From Azolla caroliniana (Eukaryota; Plantae; Polypodiophyta): 64,000 nucleotides of DNA. The first letter of the stretch is position 1. Every line of letters begins with the position of its first letter. Made by a program: the position numbers and the translations under genes. The stretch spans positions 18,724,001 through 18,788,000 of the forward strand of contig JBHGNT010000001.1 of NCBI GenBank assembly GCA_043228905.1, read 5' to 3'. Positions 11,973 through 23,099 of the stretch are shown here, one piece after another. The notes under the pieces are model-generated. The model was given only the letters and a program-made list of their open reading frames with translations. It did no database searches and was not told the origin of the DNA.

Positions 11973-14099
11973 GGAGGTGGCAGAGGAGCAGAAGATGAAG
12001 GGGTCGGATCTTGCAGAGGCCATGGCTTCGGCCGTGGATCGGATATTGAGTGCACGCGAGGGCACCGACGCCCTCGACAGAGCCATTGAGGCGGTCGTTG
12101 GTACGATCGGCCGGTTCAGCGGAAAGGATGCCACGAAGTATTTGGCGTCCTACGGGGCAGAAATGCTGATGCGGGACATTCCGGAAGAGAGGCGTCTTGC
12201 CGGGTTTCCTCGAGTGGCAATGCCGAGCATCCATGCGGAGGTGCTCGAGGTGCGGGCGGAGAGCCGTACCTGGGAGGAGTTCGAAGGCCGACTCTTAGAA
12301 AAATACGGGCTGGACGACGCACTCCGGCTTTCGAAACGGGACTTCATGGAATGGGTGGAGTCCCCCGGCAAGGGAAGAAACGCGTCGGCACTCCTCCGGG
12401 AGTTCGAAGAACGTTTTGCGCGCCTTTCGGCGCTTGACCGAACCGTTCTGGATACGAGCTGGGTCCTATTGTTCGTCAAGTCGGTGGACGAGCGAGACAG
12501 AGATCAAGTCGGCTCCTTGCTGGAAACCGAAGACGGGGGCTGACAACCGACTGGGCTGCGGTTAAGAGAGTCTGTGGCCGTTTCGACAAACGGCGAGAAT
12601 GGTCTGACAACGGGGCGGCCGGTGCGGGCTCTGTTACAACAAGGAGGCTTGAACAGGCACCGCAAGTGCGAAGGGAAGAAACCCGGGAATGGCTCGAAAC
12701 CGGTCCGGCTTCGGCTGGCATGGTCAATGGCTCGTCCAGAGGAGCAGCGCTGGAGGCGTTGACGTGGGCGATAAAGGATCTCAAGATCGCCCAGACTCGA
12801 AGGGAAGGCGGCGAACCGGCTCGTGACCGACGGCCGGCAGCGGGGAACAGGTGCATGTGGTGCGACGAGGTCGGCCACATTCGGAAGGACTGCGGCGATT
12901 TCGCAGAGGCGTTGAGGAACCGGGTGGTGTACCTATGGGAAGGTTGGGTGCACGCCGGCGACACCAGGAGGGCCCTGAACCGAAACGACGGGCGAGGAGG
13001 TATGAAGAGACTGATGGAAGAGGCAGCGGCCCGACACGTAGAGGCCATCCACTACTCGGCGTCGGCCGGAATTCGGGTCGGGGGCAGTGAGGCCCGAACA
13101 GAGGGCAAAGACGGATTCTGGTCGGCAATGCTGGAAGGTCTTGCCGGCGCACGGCTAAGGAAAGATGAAACGGACCGCGCTGAGAGACGGGTCCGGGAAA
13201 TAACCGTGTGGAGCGATCTGGTCGAGGAGAAGACGGGCTTCGTAGAAGCCGCCTGCCGGAACTACGGGGCTCTGGTAGAAGACAAACGAGTGGGGAAAGC
13301 CGGAGCGGCCGGGCCCTCACAACGGTACGAGACCCGATTCGGGCAACGACGGAACGATGCCGACGGGTCCAGCTCGCAAGATAACCCTAGGAAGGGCGGA
13401 TACCGACTGGGGACGGAGATAGAAAAGACTACGGACCTACGAAAGGTCCTAGAAGAACGGATCCTCGACAACAAAGTGGAGCTTCATTGCGAGAGGTTTT
13501 AGGGATCGCCAAGAAGGAGTTCCACGACTCCATTGTAGACCTGGTGAAACGGAAGAGGCTGTCGACGGAGACGGAACCGGAAAGACCGGTGGAGGTGCGG
13601 ATGACGCACATCGACGACATGGCGCTGGAAGATGAGTGGGCGGAGAGCCACTATTCAAGGCCGCACTGGGCCCGAGCAACCACGGAGACCCCGGTGAAGA
13701 TCGGAGATGTTCAGGAGCCGGTGGTGGCATTGGTGGACCACGGTTCGGAAATAAACCTGATGTCAATGGACTTCTATAAGAAGGGAAAGTGGCCGATCAA
13801 CACCAAGCACGGGTGGAAGATACGGGCGGCGACGGGGCCTGCCCGAACGTGCGAGTCAAGATCGGCGATGTCGAGATTGACCAGCACTTCTTCGTACAGG
13901 AGACGTCCTTGCACCCGGTCATATTAGGGGAACCATACATCACGGCGGCGCGAATGGAGACCAAGGTGTTGGACAACTGTTCGGCCTACGCGAGGGTCAA
14001 AAGCCAGAACGGGCGCCATTCGTTCAATTTCTGACGGTGCGGCCGAACCACGAGAGAAACCGCGAATCCCTCGGTGGCAAGAACCGGGAGGATTTTTAG
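11968..14099 (+). pseudogene. Gypsy C gag-zinc knuckle-aspartic protease ORF (frameshifted)
   Basis: ORF pieces 11968-12543, 12666-13502 (CMWCDEVGHIRKDC) and 13487-13927 (ALVDHGSEINL), ILGEP motif; ends at REDF*. Confidence 0.88.
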
Positions 14100-15775
14100 A
14101 GAGGGCTGCCAAGGCGTGGGGCCGAGACAGCCCGGACACTCGGGAAAGACCCCACGACTATACGATAAGTAGGAAATTCTGCTTCTCCAACAACGGAGGG
14201 TGCATGATAGTCGGCATCGTCGGCCGAGAAAAGACAAGGGCGGAAGTGCGACTTCGAGCGTGCGGAGTTCTCGGCCCGGACGAGGAAATCAGCGGAGCCG
14301 TGGAGGCGGTCTCCTTCGATCAACACCAAGCACGGGTGGAAGATACGGGCGGTGACGCGCGCCACCGAGGAACTGCACGGGGCCTGCCCGAACGTGCGAG
14401 TCAAGATCGGCGACGTCGAGATTGACCAGCACTTCTTCGTACAGGAGACGTCGTCGCACCCGATCATATTAGGGGAACCATACATCACGGCGGCGCGAAT
14501 GGAGACCAAGGTGCTAGACAACGGTTCGGCCTACGCGAGGGTCAAAAGCCAGAACGGGCGCCATTCGGTTCAATTTCTGACGGTGCGGCCGAACCACGAG
14601 AGAAACCGCGAATCCCTCCGTGGCAAGAACCGGGAGGATTTTTAGAGAGGGCTGCCAAGGCGTGGGGCCGAGACAACCCGGACACTCGGGAAAGACCCCA
14701 CGACTGTACGATAAGTAGGAAATTCTGCTTCTCCAACAACGGAGGGTGCATGATAGTCGGCATCGTCGGCCGAGAAAAGACAAGGGTGGAAGTGCGACTT
14801 CGAGCGTGCGGAGTTCTCGGCCTGGACGAGGAAATCAGCGGAGCCGTGGAGGCGGTCTCCTTCGATCAACACCAAGCACGGGTGGAAGATACGGGCGGTG
14901 ACGCGCGCCACCGAGGAACTGCACGGGGCCTGCCCGAACGTGCGAGTCAAGATCAACGACGTCGAGATTGACCAGCACTTCTTCGTACAGGAGACGTCCT
15001 CGCACCCGGTCATATTAGGGGAACCATACATCAGGGAAAGTGGCCGATCAACACCAAGCACGGGTGGAAGATACGGGCGGCGACGCGCGCCACCGAGGAA
15101 CTGCACGGGGCCTGCCCGAACGTGCGAGTCAAGATCGGCGACGTCGAGATTGACAAGCACTTCTTCGTACAGGAGACGTCCTCGCACCCGGTCATATTAG
15201 GGGAACCATACATCAGGGAAAGTGGCCTATCAACACCAAGCACGGGTGGAAGATACGGGCGGCGACGCGCGCCACCGAGGAATTGCACGGGGCCTGCCCG
15301 AACGTGCGAGTCAAGATCGGCGACGTCGAGATTGACCAACACTTCTTCGTACAGGAGACGTCCTCGCACCCGGTCATATTAGGGGAACCATACATCACGG
15401 CGGCGCGAATGGAGACCAAGGTGCTGGACAACGGTTCGGCCTACGCGAGGGTCAAAAGCCAGAACGGGCGCCATTCGGTTTAATTTCTGACGGTGCGGCC
15501 GAACCACGAGAGAAACCGCGAATCCCTCGGTGGCGAGAACCGGGAGGATTTTTAGAGAGGGCTGCCAAGGTGTGGGGCCGAGACAGCCCGGACACTCGGG
15601 AAAGACCCCACGACTGTACGATAAGTAGGAAATTCTGCTTCTCCAACAATGGAGGGTGCATGATAGTCGACATCGTCGGCCGAGAAAAGACAAGGGCAGA
15701 AGTGCGACTTTGAGCGTGCGGAGTTCTCGGCCTGGACGAGGAAATCAGCGGAGCCGTGGAGGCGGTCTCCTTCGA
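13794..15775 (+). repeat. Nested tandem duplications of the protease-RT junction (546-bp and 182-bp periods)
   Basis: Anchor CGATCAACACC recurs at 13794, 14317, 14863, 15045 and 15227 (last with one SNP); the array ends at 15773. Confidence 0.92.
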
Positions 15776-16850
15776 CGACACCTTGGGAATGCTGGGGGAG
15801 GTAGCCGGAGAAGACCTTAATGAAGACCGGACGATACCGATATGTTCCGAAGAGATGTACAAAGTCATCGCGAACTTCAATCGGGGGCTCAGGTCGGATC
15901 GGACGGCCCGAGTTAGCACGAAGTACAAGACTGTGGACCGGAAGGTAAGGCCCGTCGCGGCACCCTTACCGGAGGGCAGCGAGTCCCGAATCAGAGGGGT
16001 TGCGTCGGACCCCAGTTTACGAGATCCGGCCTGCATAGGCAGGACGCTCCGGGGGCTCAAGATTGGTGGGGGCGGGTTCCTACTGCCTGCGGAGGAAGAC
16101 CGGTTTCGGAGAATGCTCGGAAGGCACGGGAAAGCCTTCGCGTTTTCACCGGAAGAGATCGGGTGCGTAGACCCGACGATTGTGGAGCCGATGGTGATAT
16201 TCACGGTACCACATGTGCCGTGGAATCTCAAGCCGATTCCAGTACCGAGAGCCCACATCCCGAAGTTGATGGAGCTATTGAGGCAAAAAGTCGATATGGG
16301 CATTCTCGAACCGTCGAGTGCCCCATACTCGAACCGATGGTTTACCGTACCAAAGAAAAACGGAACATTGCGCTTCATTCAGGACCTGCAGTCGGTCAAC
16401 AGAGTGACCATTCGGAACGCAGGAATCGGACCGACCATAGACGAGTTCGCAGAGTCCTTCGCCGGAAGGTCGATTTACTCGGTCGGTGATCTGTATTCGG
16501 GGTACGACCAGTTCCAGCTAGCCGTGGAGAGCAGAGACATTACGACGATGCGAACCCCCCTCGGCCTAGTGCGAATGTGTACCCTGCCACAAGGAGGGAC
16601 CAACTCGGTAGCCCACATGGTGAATGCAATGAACAAGGTACTGAGGGATTGCATCCCGGACATCACCATGCCGTTTCTAGACGACATCCCGATCAAGGGG
16701 TGCCCGGTGGAGGAGAAGGACGAGATAGTCGGGCCGGACGGATGCCGGCGATTCGTGGCGACACACATCGACGACTGCGAGAAGGTGCTACAAAGGCTAG
16801 AGGATGCGAGGCTCACCTTCTCCGGGGAGAAATCGGCCTTCGGGCAATAA
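15756..16850 (+). pseudogene. Gypsy C reverse transcriptase (premature TAA)
   Basis: VPKKNGTLRFIQDL, DLYSGYDQ, LPQG, FLDDI. Confidence 0.93.
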
Positions 16851-16859
16851 GAAATCCTG

Positions 16860-19004
16860 GTGGTCGGACACCTATGTGGACCTTATGGCCGGAAGCCGTC
16901 TCCGGCAAAGGTAGAAGCCATCTCCGCGATGAAGACCGATTGTAGCTCGGTTACGGAAGTTCGGAGGTTCCTGGGGGCATGCGCGTTCTACCACATATGG
17001 ATCCCGCATTATGCCCACGTGGCGGAGCCGCTATACGGGTTGCTGAAGAAAGGGAGAAATTTCGAGTGGCGAGACGAGCACACGGAGTTGGTCCGGAAGC
17101 TGAAGGAAGCTCTTGCGGCAGCACCGACGCTCCGGAAGACTGTCTACGAGAAGGGTACCCCGGTATACATAACGGTGGATACGAGTCCGACCGGGATCGG
17201 ATGGGTCGTCAACCAAGAAGACGAGGACAGCATTCGGTTCCCGATCCGATTCGGCGCGAAGGTCCTCAGTGAGCGACAACGAGGGTACGCCCAGGTTAAA
17301 CGCGAACTCTGGGGTATCGTTTCGGCAGTAAAGGCCGACAAAGACTACCTGGTCGGGACAGAAGTGATTATCGAGACGGATTGCCTGCCAATTCTCGGCA
17401 TGGTTTCCAGATGCGCGACACCGGACCTGGCGATGCTCAGGTGGATAGCGTACATCAAGTCCCTGGACCCGGAAATACGGCACATTTCCGGAAAGGACAA
17501 CGCCATGGCCGACATGCTTTCGAGGGCGAGGTTTGATGACGAGGGCGGCATGGTTTCGGAGGACGAAGAAGTCGGCGTGGACTTCTTCGAGGCAGCGTAC
17601 GTGACGACCGATGGGACGAGCATTCCGACACTTAACGACTTCGACGAGAGCAAGTACGACAGCGAGTGGCTCCAGATCGGTGGATTTTTGAGGACGATGA
17701 CGCCGGATGCGTCGTGGACGAAGGACGAGGCCAACCGGATCCGGAAGAAAGCTTACCGATTCTTTCTCCGGGACGGATACTTATGGAAGCACCCGAAGAA
17801 GAGGAACGACGTCCCGCTCCGGGTGGTGGCGATGAAGGAAGAACAGGAGGAGCTGTTGACGGGCTACCACGACAGCCCTTGGGCCGGACACCGTGGAACG
17901 TGGGCCACGTTCGAGAAGATAAAGGGGAAGTACTGGTGGCCGGGACTGTACCGGGATGTGCATCGGTTCGTGACGACTTGCGAGAGCTGTCAGATGCACT
18001 CCGTAGTCCGACATCGGGACGAGCTTCACCCTACGTACCCTCCGACCATCCACTTCAAATGGATGGTAGACTTGGTGACGATGCCGATGGGAGTAGGACA
18101 GATGCAGTATCTGGTCCTGGCTCGGGAAGATCTGATGAACCAGGTGGAAGGCCGAGCCCTTCAGAACAAAACGACCGCGGCCGTATGTCGGTTCCTGATC
18201 GAGGACGTGATATGCCGGTACGGGTGCGTCGGGAAGATCGTGGCTGATCGCGGGGAGTTGGACGCCGAAGAGGCCGAGGAGCTGTTCGACCGGCTAGGAG
18301 TCAAGCTCTCGCTTACCACTGCGTACAATCCGGAGGCGAATGGGAAGGTGGAGCGCGGACACGGACCGATCGTCAAGGCGTTAGTTCGGGCATGCGGTGG
18401 TCAAGTCGGGAACTGGCCGCGACTGTTGCCTTACGCGTTGTGGGCGGACCGAACTACGCACAGTTCGGTAACCGGATTCATGCCGGCAGAACTCATGTTT
18501 GGGCAGAAGCCGGTCATGCCGATGGAACGTACGAACTCCTCGTGGGCAACCGTGGACTGGAGAGACGAGATGAGCTGGGAGGAACTGCTGGCGGCGCGTA
18601 TATGACAGCTCGAGCGAAGACCGGAGGACGTGGAGCAGGCTGCGGAAAGGCTTCGGGAAGCAAGGATGAGGAACAAAGCCCGGTTCGACCGAACGCACCG
18701 GCTCCGACCGACGAAGATCGAGGAAGGCGACTGGGTGCTAGTCTACGACAGCAGCCTTGACAACCAGCACCGAGCGACACGGAAGTTCGCAAGAAGGTGG
18801 TTCGGGCCTTACGTGGTACAAAGCGCCAACGACAACGGGACGTACCATCTGGCGGAGCTCGACGGCACGAGAATGGCGATACCGGTAGCTGGGAAGCGGA
18901 TCAAAGCGTTCAAGAAGCGTCACGACGACGAGCCGGATCCGGTTGGCCTGGACCGCGACGACGAACGATCCGAAACCGAGGAAGAACCGACGGGCGGGGA
19001 ATGA
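16860..19004 (+). pseudogene. Gypsy C RNase H and integrase (in-frame TGA at 18603-18605)
   Basis: VDTS, ETDC, ADMLSR; H-x5-H...CESC zinc finger; DLV, ADRGE, NPEANGKVER, GPY. Confidence 0.93.
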
Positions 19005-19077
19005 AGGCTGGACCGGTTTTCTCCGTCCCGACTCAATTTGGCGCATGCCGGTGGATGCGCGGTTAGGTGGGGGCGGA

Positions 19078-19694
19078 TGTCGTGAAGAAAACCGTCCACA
19101 AGCGGAATCGGTGCACAGGAGCGTAGGAACCGGCTCTTCTCGAATGTTGTCCATAGAAGATCCTAGGTAGGTAGATTTAGTGGGTAGGAAGTAAAGGGGA
19201 AACGGCTCCTTCCTTGCCTATTAAAAGGAGGGAGACGAGAAGGGGGTGGGGGATCGCGGAGAGTCGAGGACGAAGTGCTGTTGGTTTGCGTGCGAAGGCT
19301 TCTCTCTCTCTCTCTGGTTCGCAAACTCCATAGCTTCCTTCTGTGCAGGTTTCGGGAGGCTCGCGCTGCTCTGAGGAATGCCCGAGTGCTTCCGGCAGCA
19401 CCTCCAACCTGCTCCTGTCTTTCTGTGCGTTTACGAATAGGCATCGGTATCTGTTCGCCGGCTTGTTCGGTTGTAACCGACTTCGTGTTTTTGTTGCTTC
19501 CGTGTTCTTGTTGTTGTCTTTGTTAATACATACATACATTCGTGTCTCTCTGTGTCGCTGTCCCAGTCTCGTCTTTGCGTCGAAGGGCCGTGTCCCTGTG
19601 AATCTACGCTCGCACGTAGTGGGTCTCTTGCTCTTCGGTACAGGACCCCTGAGGTCCCGCCTCATTCCACGCATCCGCGAGGAAAACCTCGACA
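19078..19694 (+). repeat. 3' LTR of Gypsy C (617 bp)
   Basis: Preceded by a purine tract and followed by TSD ACGC at 19695-19698. Confidence 0.95.
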
Positions 19695-19698
19695 ACGC

Positions 19699-20421
19699 GT
19701 ACTGCGGTACGTAAGTGGCACTAAGGACCGAGGACTGCTATATCGGACCGGTGTAACCGCGCAGTTAGTCGGCTACACCGATGCTGATTGGGCTGGCAAC
19801 GCCGCTGATCGCCGATCCACGTCTGGATACGCGTTCTCCCTCGGGAGTGCCGCGATCGTGTGGAGCAGTAAGAAGCAGCTGACATTTGCACTGTCGAGCA
19901 CCGAAGCTGAGTACCGAGGAGCGGCTGTCGCGACATGCGAAGCCATATGGTTGAAGCGGCTACTTAAGGACCTGCAAGCGGAGGTGTCAGATCCGACGAC
20001 GATCTACTGCGACAACCTCAGCAGCATCCACCTTGCGAAGAACCCCGTTTTCCACGCACGGACCAAGAACATTGAGGTGCACTACCATTTCGTCCGTGAG
20101 CGTGTCCTTTCCGGTGAAGTTGAACTTCAGTACGTGCCGACGGATCGGCAGACTGCCGACATCTTCACAAAGCCTCTTGGTCTGGACAAGTTGCGGCAAT
20201 TCTCAGGTGCGCTCGGGTTGCGTCACCTCGATGTGCCGAACTTGAGGGGGAGAACAATCCCGAACGACCAAGCAAGGCAGCAGGAAAGGAGCGGAGACCG
20301 CGACACGGAGTCGGTTGTCCGCAACACCGAGTCGGTTGACGAGTTCGACTTCGGATCGGCTGAAGAAGCTGAGGGCGGACCCGCGGAAAAGTCCGGAAGC
20401 GGACAGAAGGGGAGCAGCTGA
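19699..20421 (+). pseudogene. Copia B RNase H with C-terminal extension
   Basis: GYTDADWAG, SSTEAEY, YCDN, ADIFTK, LRG. Confidence 0.92.
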
Positions 20422-20784
20422 AGGAGAGAGCCGAAGCCAACCACGCATGGGGGAGATGACGCCATCGAGGGCGAGAAGACTGAAGACAAGTTGGAGACAG
20501 CCAACTCGGACGAGAGCGAAAACCGATCGGAGGTAGCCGAGTCGGTTCGGATGTTTGATTCAGACACGTTGAATCAACTGAGGCCCAAGCGGAAGAGGCA
20601 GCAGAAGAAGTGTTGACACCGCAACAGCAGAAGAGCTGATAAGGGCCACATGAGCAGACAAGCTGACCGGAAGGGTTGAAGCGCGCGGAGTCGAATAGGT
20701 CGAGGAGTGCAAGCAAGGCGTGAAGCCAGGAGGAACCGGAGCTGTGAAGATCCCGAAGAGCCTCAAGTTGAGCTTAAGGGGGAG

Positions 20785-21409
20785 TGTTGAGAGACAAGCT
20801 CAACATCGGCCGGATCGGCTTTGACTCCGCGCGCTTCGACCCTTCCAGTCGGCTTGTCTGCTCCCACAGACCTTCACAGCTCCCTTGTTGTCGTGGTGTT
20901 GGCGCTTCTCCTATTGCCTTCTTTTCCGCTTGGCCCTCAGTTGATTTAGTGTATCTGAATCAAACATCCGAACCGACTCGGCTACCTCTGATCGGTTTTC
21001 ACTCTCGTCCGAGTTGGTTGTCTCCAACTCGTCTTCGGTCTTCTCGCCCTTGACGACGTCATGTTGAGAGACAAGCTCAACATCAGCCGGATCGGCTGAA
21101 GAAGCCGAGGACCGGATCGGTTAGGCCGTTAGGAAAGATATTCCGTGAGGAATATATTTGGGAGTTAGTGTAAGAGCTCTTAATGAGCATTGAAGTACTG
21201 TTAGTACTTCGGTCAGTCCTCCTAGGACTTGTACAAAGTGTTCATTGAACACATATATGTTTGTGGTTGTTTTTTCCTTTATACACACACATTCTCTCAC
21301 TCTCTCGGTCTCCCCCGCGTATACTGTGTAAGCTCAAGCTCTCCATTAAACCTGAGTGTTCTTCCTTCTGTTTTGTCTTTATACTTGCTTCTGCACGCTA
21401 CTTTCTACA
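20785..21409 (+). repeat. Rearranged 3' end of Copia B: 36-bp LTR stub, 241-bp copy of the upstream flank, then a complete LTR
   Basis: 20785-20820 is the LTR start; 20821-21061 matches 8390-8630; 21062-21409 is a full LTR. Confidence 0.9.
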
Positions 21410-21517
21410 CGTCATCTCCCCCATTCTTGGTTGGCTTCGGCTCTTTCTTTCGGCTGCTCCCCTTATGTTCGCTTTCTTCCGCGGATCCGCCCTCGACTTC
21501 TTCAGCCGATCTGAAGT

Positions 21518-23099
21518 CTAATTCGTCATCCGACTCGGTGTCGCGGCCTCTTCCGCTCCCTTCCTGCTCCGTTGCTCGGTCTTTCGAGACTGTTCTCCCC
21601 TCAAGTTTGGCACGTCGAGGTGACGCAACCCAAGCGCACCCAAGAATTGCCGCAACTTGTCTAGACCAAGGGGCTTGGTGAAGATGTCGGTAGTTTGCCG
21701 ATTCGTCAGAACATACTGAAGTTCAACTTCACCAGAAAGGACACACTCACGGACAAAATGGTAGTGCACCTCAATGTGCTTGGTCCATGCGTGGAAAACA
21801 GGGTTCTTCGCGAGCTGGATGCTGCTGAGGTTGTCGCAGTAGATCGTTGTCGGATAGGACACCTCGTCTTGTAGGTCCTTAAGTAGCCGCTTCAACCATA
21901 TGGCTTCGCATGTCATGACAACCGCTCCTCTATACTCGGCTTCGGTGCTCGACAGTGCAACTGTCGGTTGCTTCTTACTGCTCCACGTGATCGCGGCACT
22001 CCCAAGGGAGAATGCGAAACCGGACGTGGATCGGCAATCGGCAACGTTGCCGGCCCAGTCAGCATCGGTGTAGCCGACCAACTGCGGGGCTGTATCGGAC
22101 CAATATAGTAGCCCCCGGTCCTTAGTGCCACTGACGTACTGGAGTACGCGTTGTGCGCACTAAAGGTGTTCCTCGGTTGGTCGCGCCATGAACTGACTAA
22201 TCACCCCGACCGGGTAGCTGAGATCGGGTCGGGTGATTGTCAAGTAGATAAGGCTTTCGACAATTTGTCGGAATCTCATCGGGTCGCATACCTTTCCGGA
22301 ATTGGGGCGAAGCTTGACGGTTCTATCCAGAGGAGTCGAGACGGACTTACAGTCTGCCATCCCGAATTTGAAGAGCATATTCAGCACATAATGACGTTGG
22401 CTGATCAGTATGCCTTCGGGGGTGCGGATCACTTTGATCCCGAGGAAGTAATGAAGGTCTCCCAGATCCTTCATGTCGAATGATGCCGCAAATTGGAGCT
22501 TCACGCGGCCGATTTCACCTAGGTCGGCGTCGGTGATGACCAAGTCATCAACATATAGTAAAATACTAACTGGCCCGAGTCAACCTTCCTGGATGAACAA
22601 TGAGGAGTCCGATTTTGACGTCGCAAAGCCCATCCGATGCAATCGTTGCGTGATCTTCTCGTTCCAGGCACACAGGGCTTGCTTTAGTCCGTAAAGGGAC
22701 TTCTTCAATCGGCACATTCTCGATTTCAGGCTCATCTGGAGGCATCTCGGCCTCGCTGACCTCATCATCAGAACTTGGATTGGAGGCGAGGTCCGGAGTC
22801 GGAGGCAAGAACCAGGACACAAACTCATCAAACACAACGTCGCGGCTCACGCACGCTTGTTTGGTGCGTGGGTTATAACACTTATAACCCTTCTGCTCGT
22901 CTGAGTAACCGACCAAGATACATTTCTCGGCCTTTGTGTCCAACTTCCTTCATTTCTCCTTTGGCACATGCACATACGCAATGCTACCGAAAACTCGTAA
23001 GTGTCGCAAGTTCAGCTTCATTCCGAAATATAGCTCGTGCGCTGACACTTTGTCTCCGATCCAATTTTGGATGTATACCGCGGTCCTTACCGCCTCGGC
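21518..23099 (-). pseudogene. Copia A integrase C-terminus, truncated RT and RNase H
   Basis: ORF pieces 22566-22943, 22160-22543 and 21518-22081; junction near 22720 joins PDEPEIE to CRLKKSLY, about 0.8 kb lost relative to B. Confidence 0.9.

Larger units (their letters stand above)
11323..19694 (+). mobile_element. Full-length GC-rich Ty3/Gypsy element C (non-chromovirus, possibly Phygy/Selgy-like), now defective
   Basis: LTRs 11323-11951 and 19078-19694 (TGTCG...CGACA); 4-bp TSD ACGC; PBS 11955-11972; PPT 19062-19077; order gag-CCHC-PR-RT-RH-INT; no chromodomain seen. Confidence 0.95.
8631..21409 (+). mobile_element. Ty1/Copia element B, sister subfamily of A inserted antisense into A; gag and protease deleted
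   Basis: LTRs 8631-8978 and 21062-21409; PBS TGGTATCAGAAC at 8979; PPT at 20773-20784; TSD CGTCA (8626-8630, 21410-21414). Confidence 0.95.

Noticed and set aside
13794-15775. Duplications as an assembly artefact
   Set aside because: Copies differ by private SNPs and indels; still worth a long-read check
15452-16378. 308-aa antisense ORF and other shadow ORFs in C
   Set aside because: Expected opposite GC-rich coding sequence; no independent motifs
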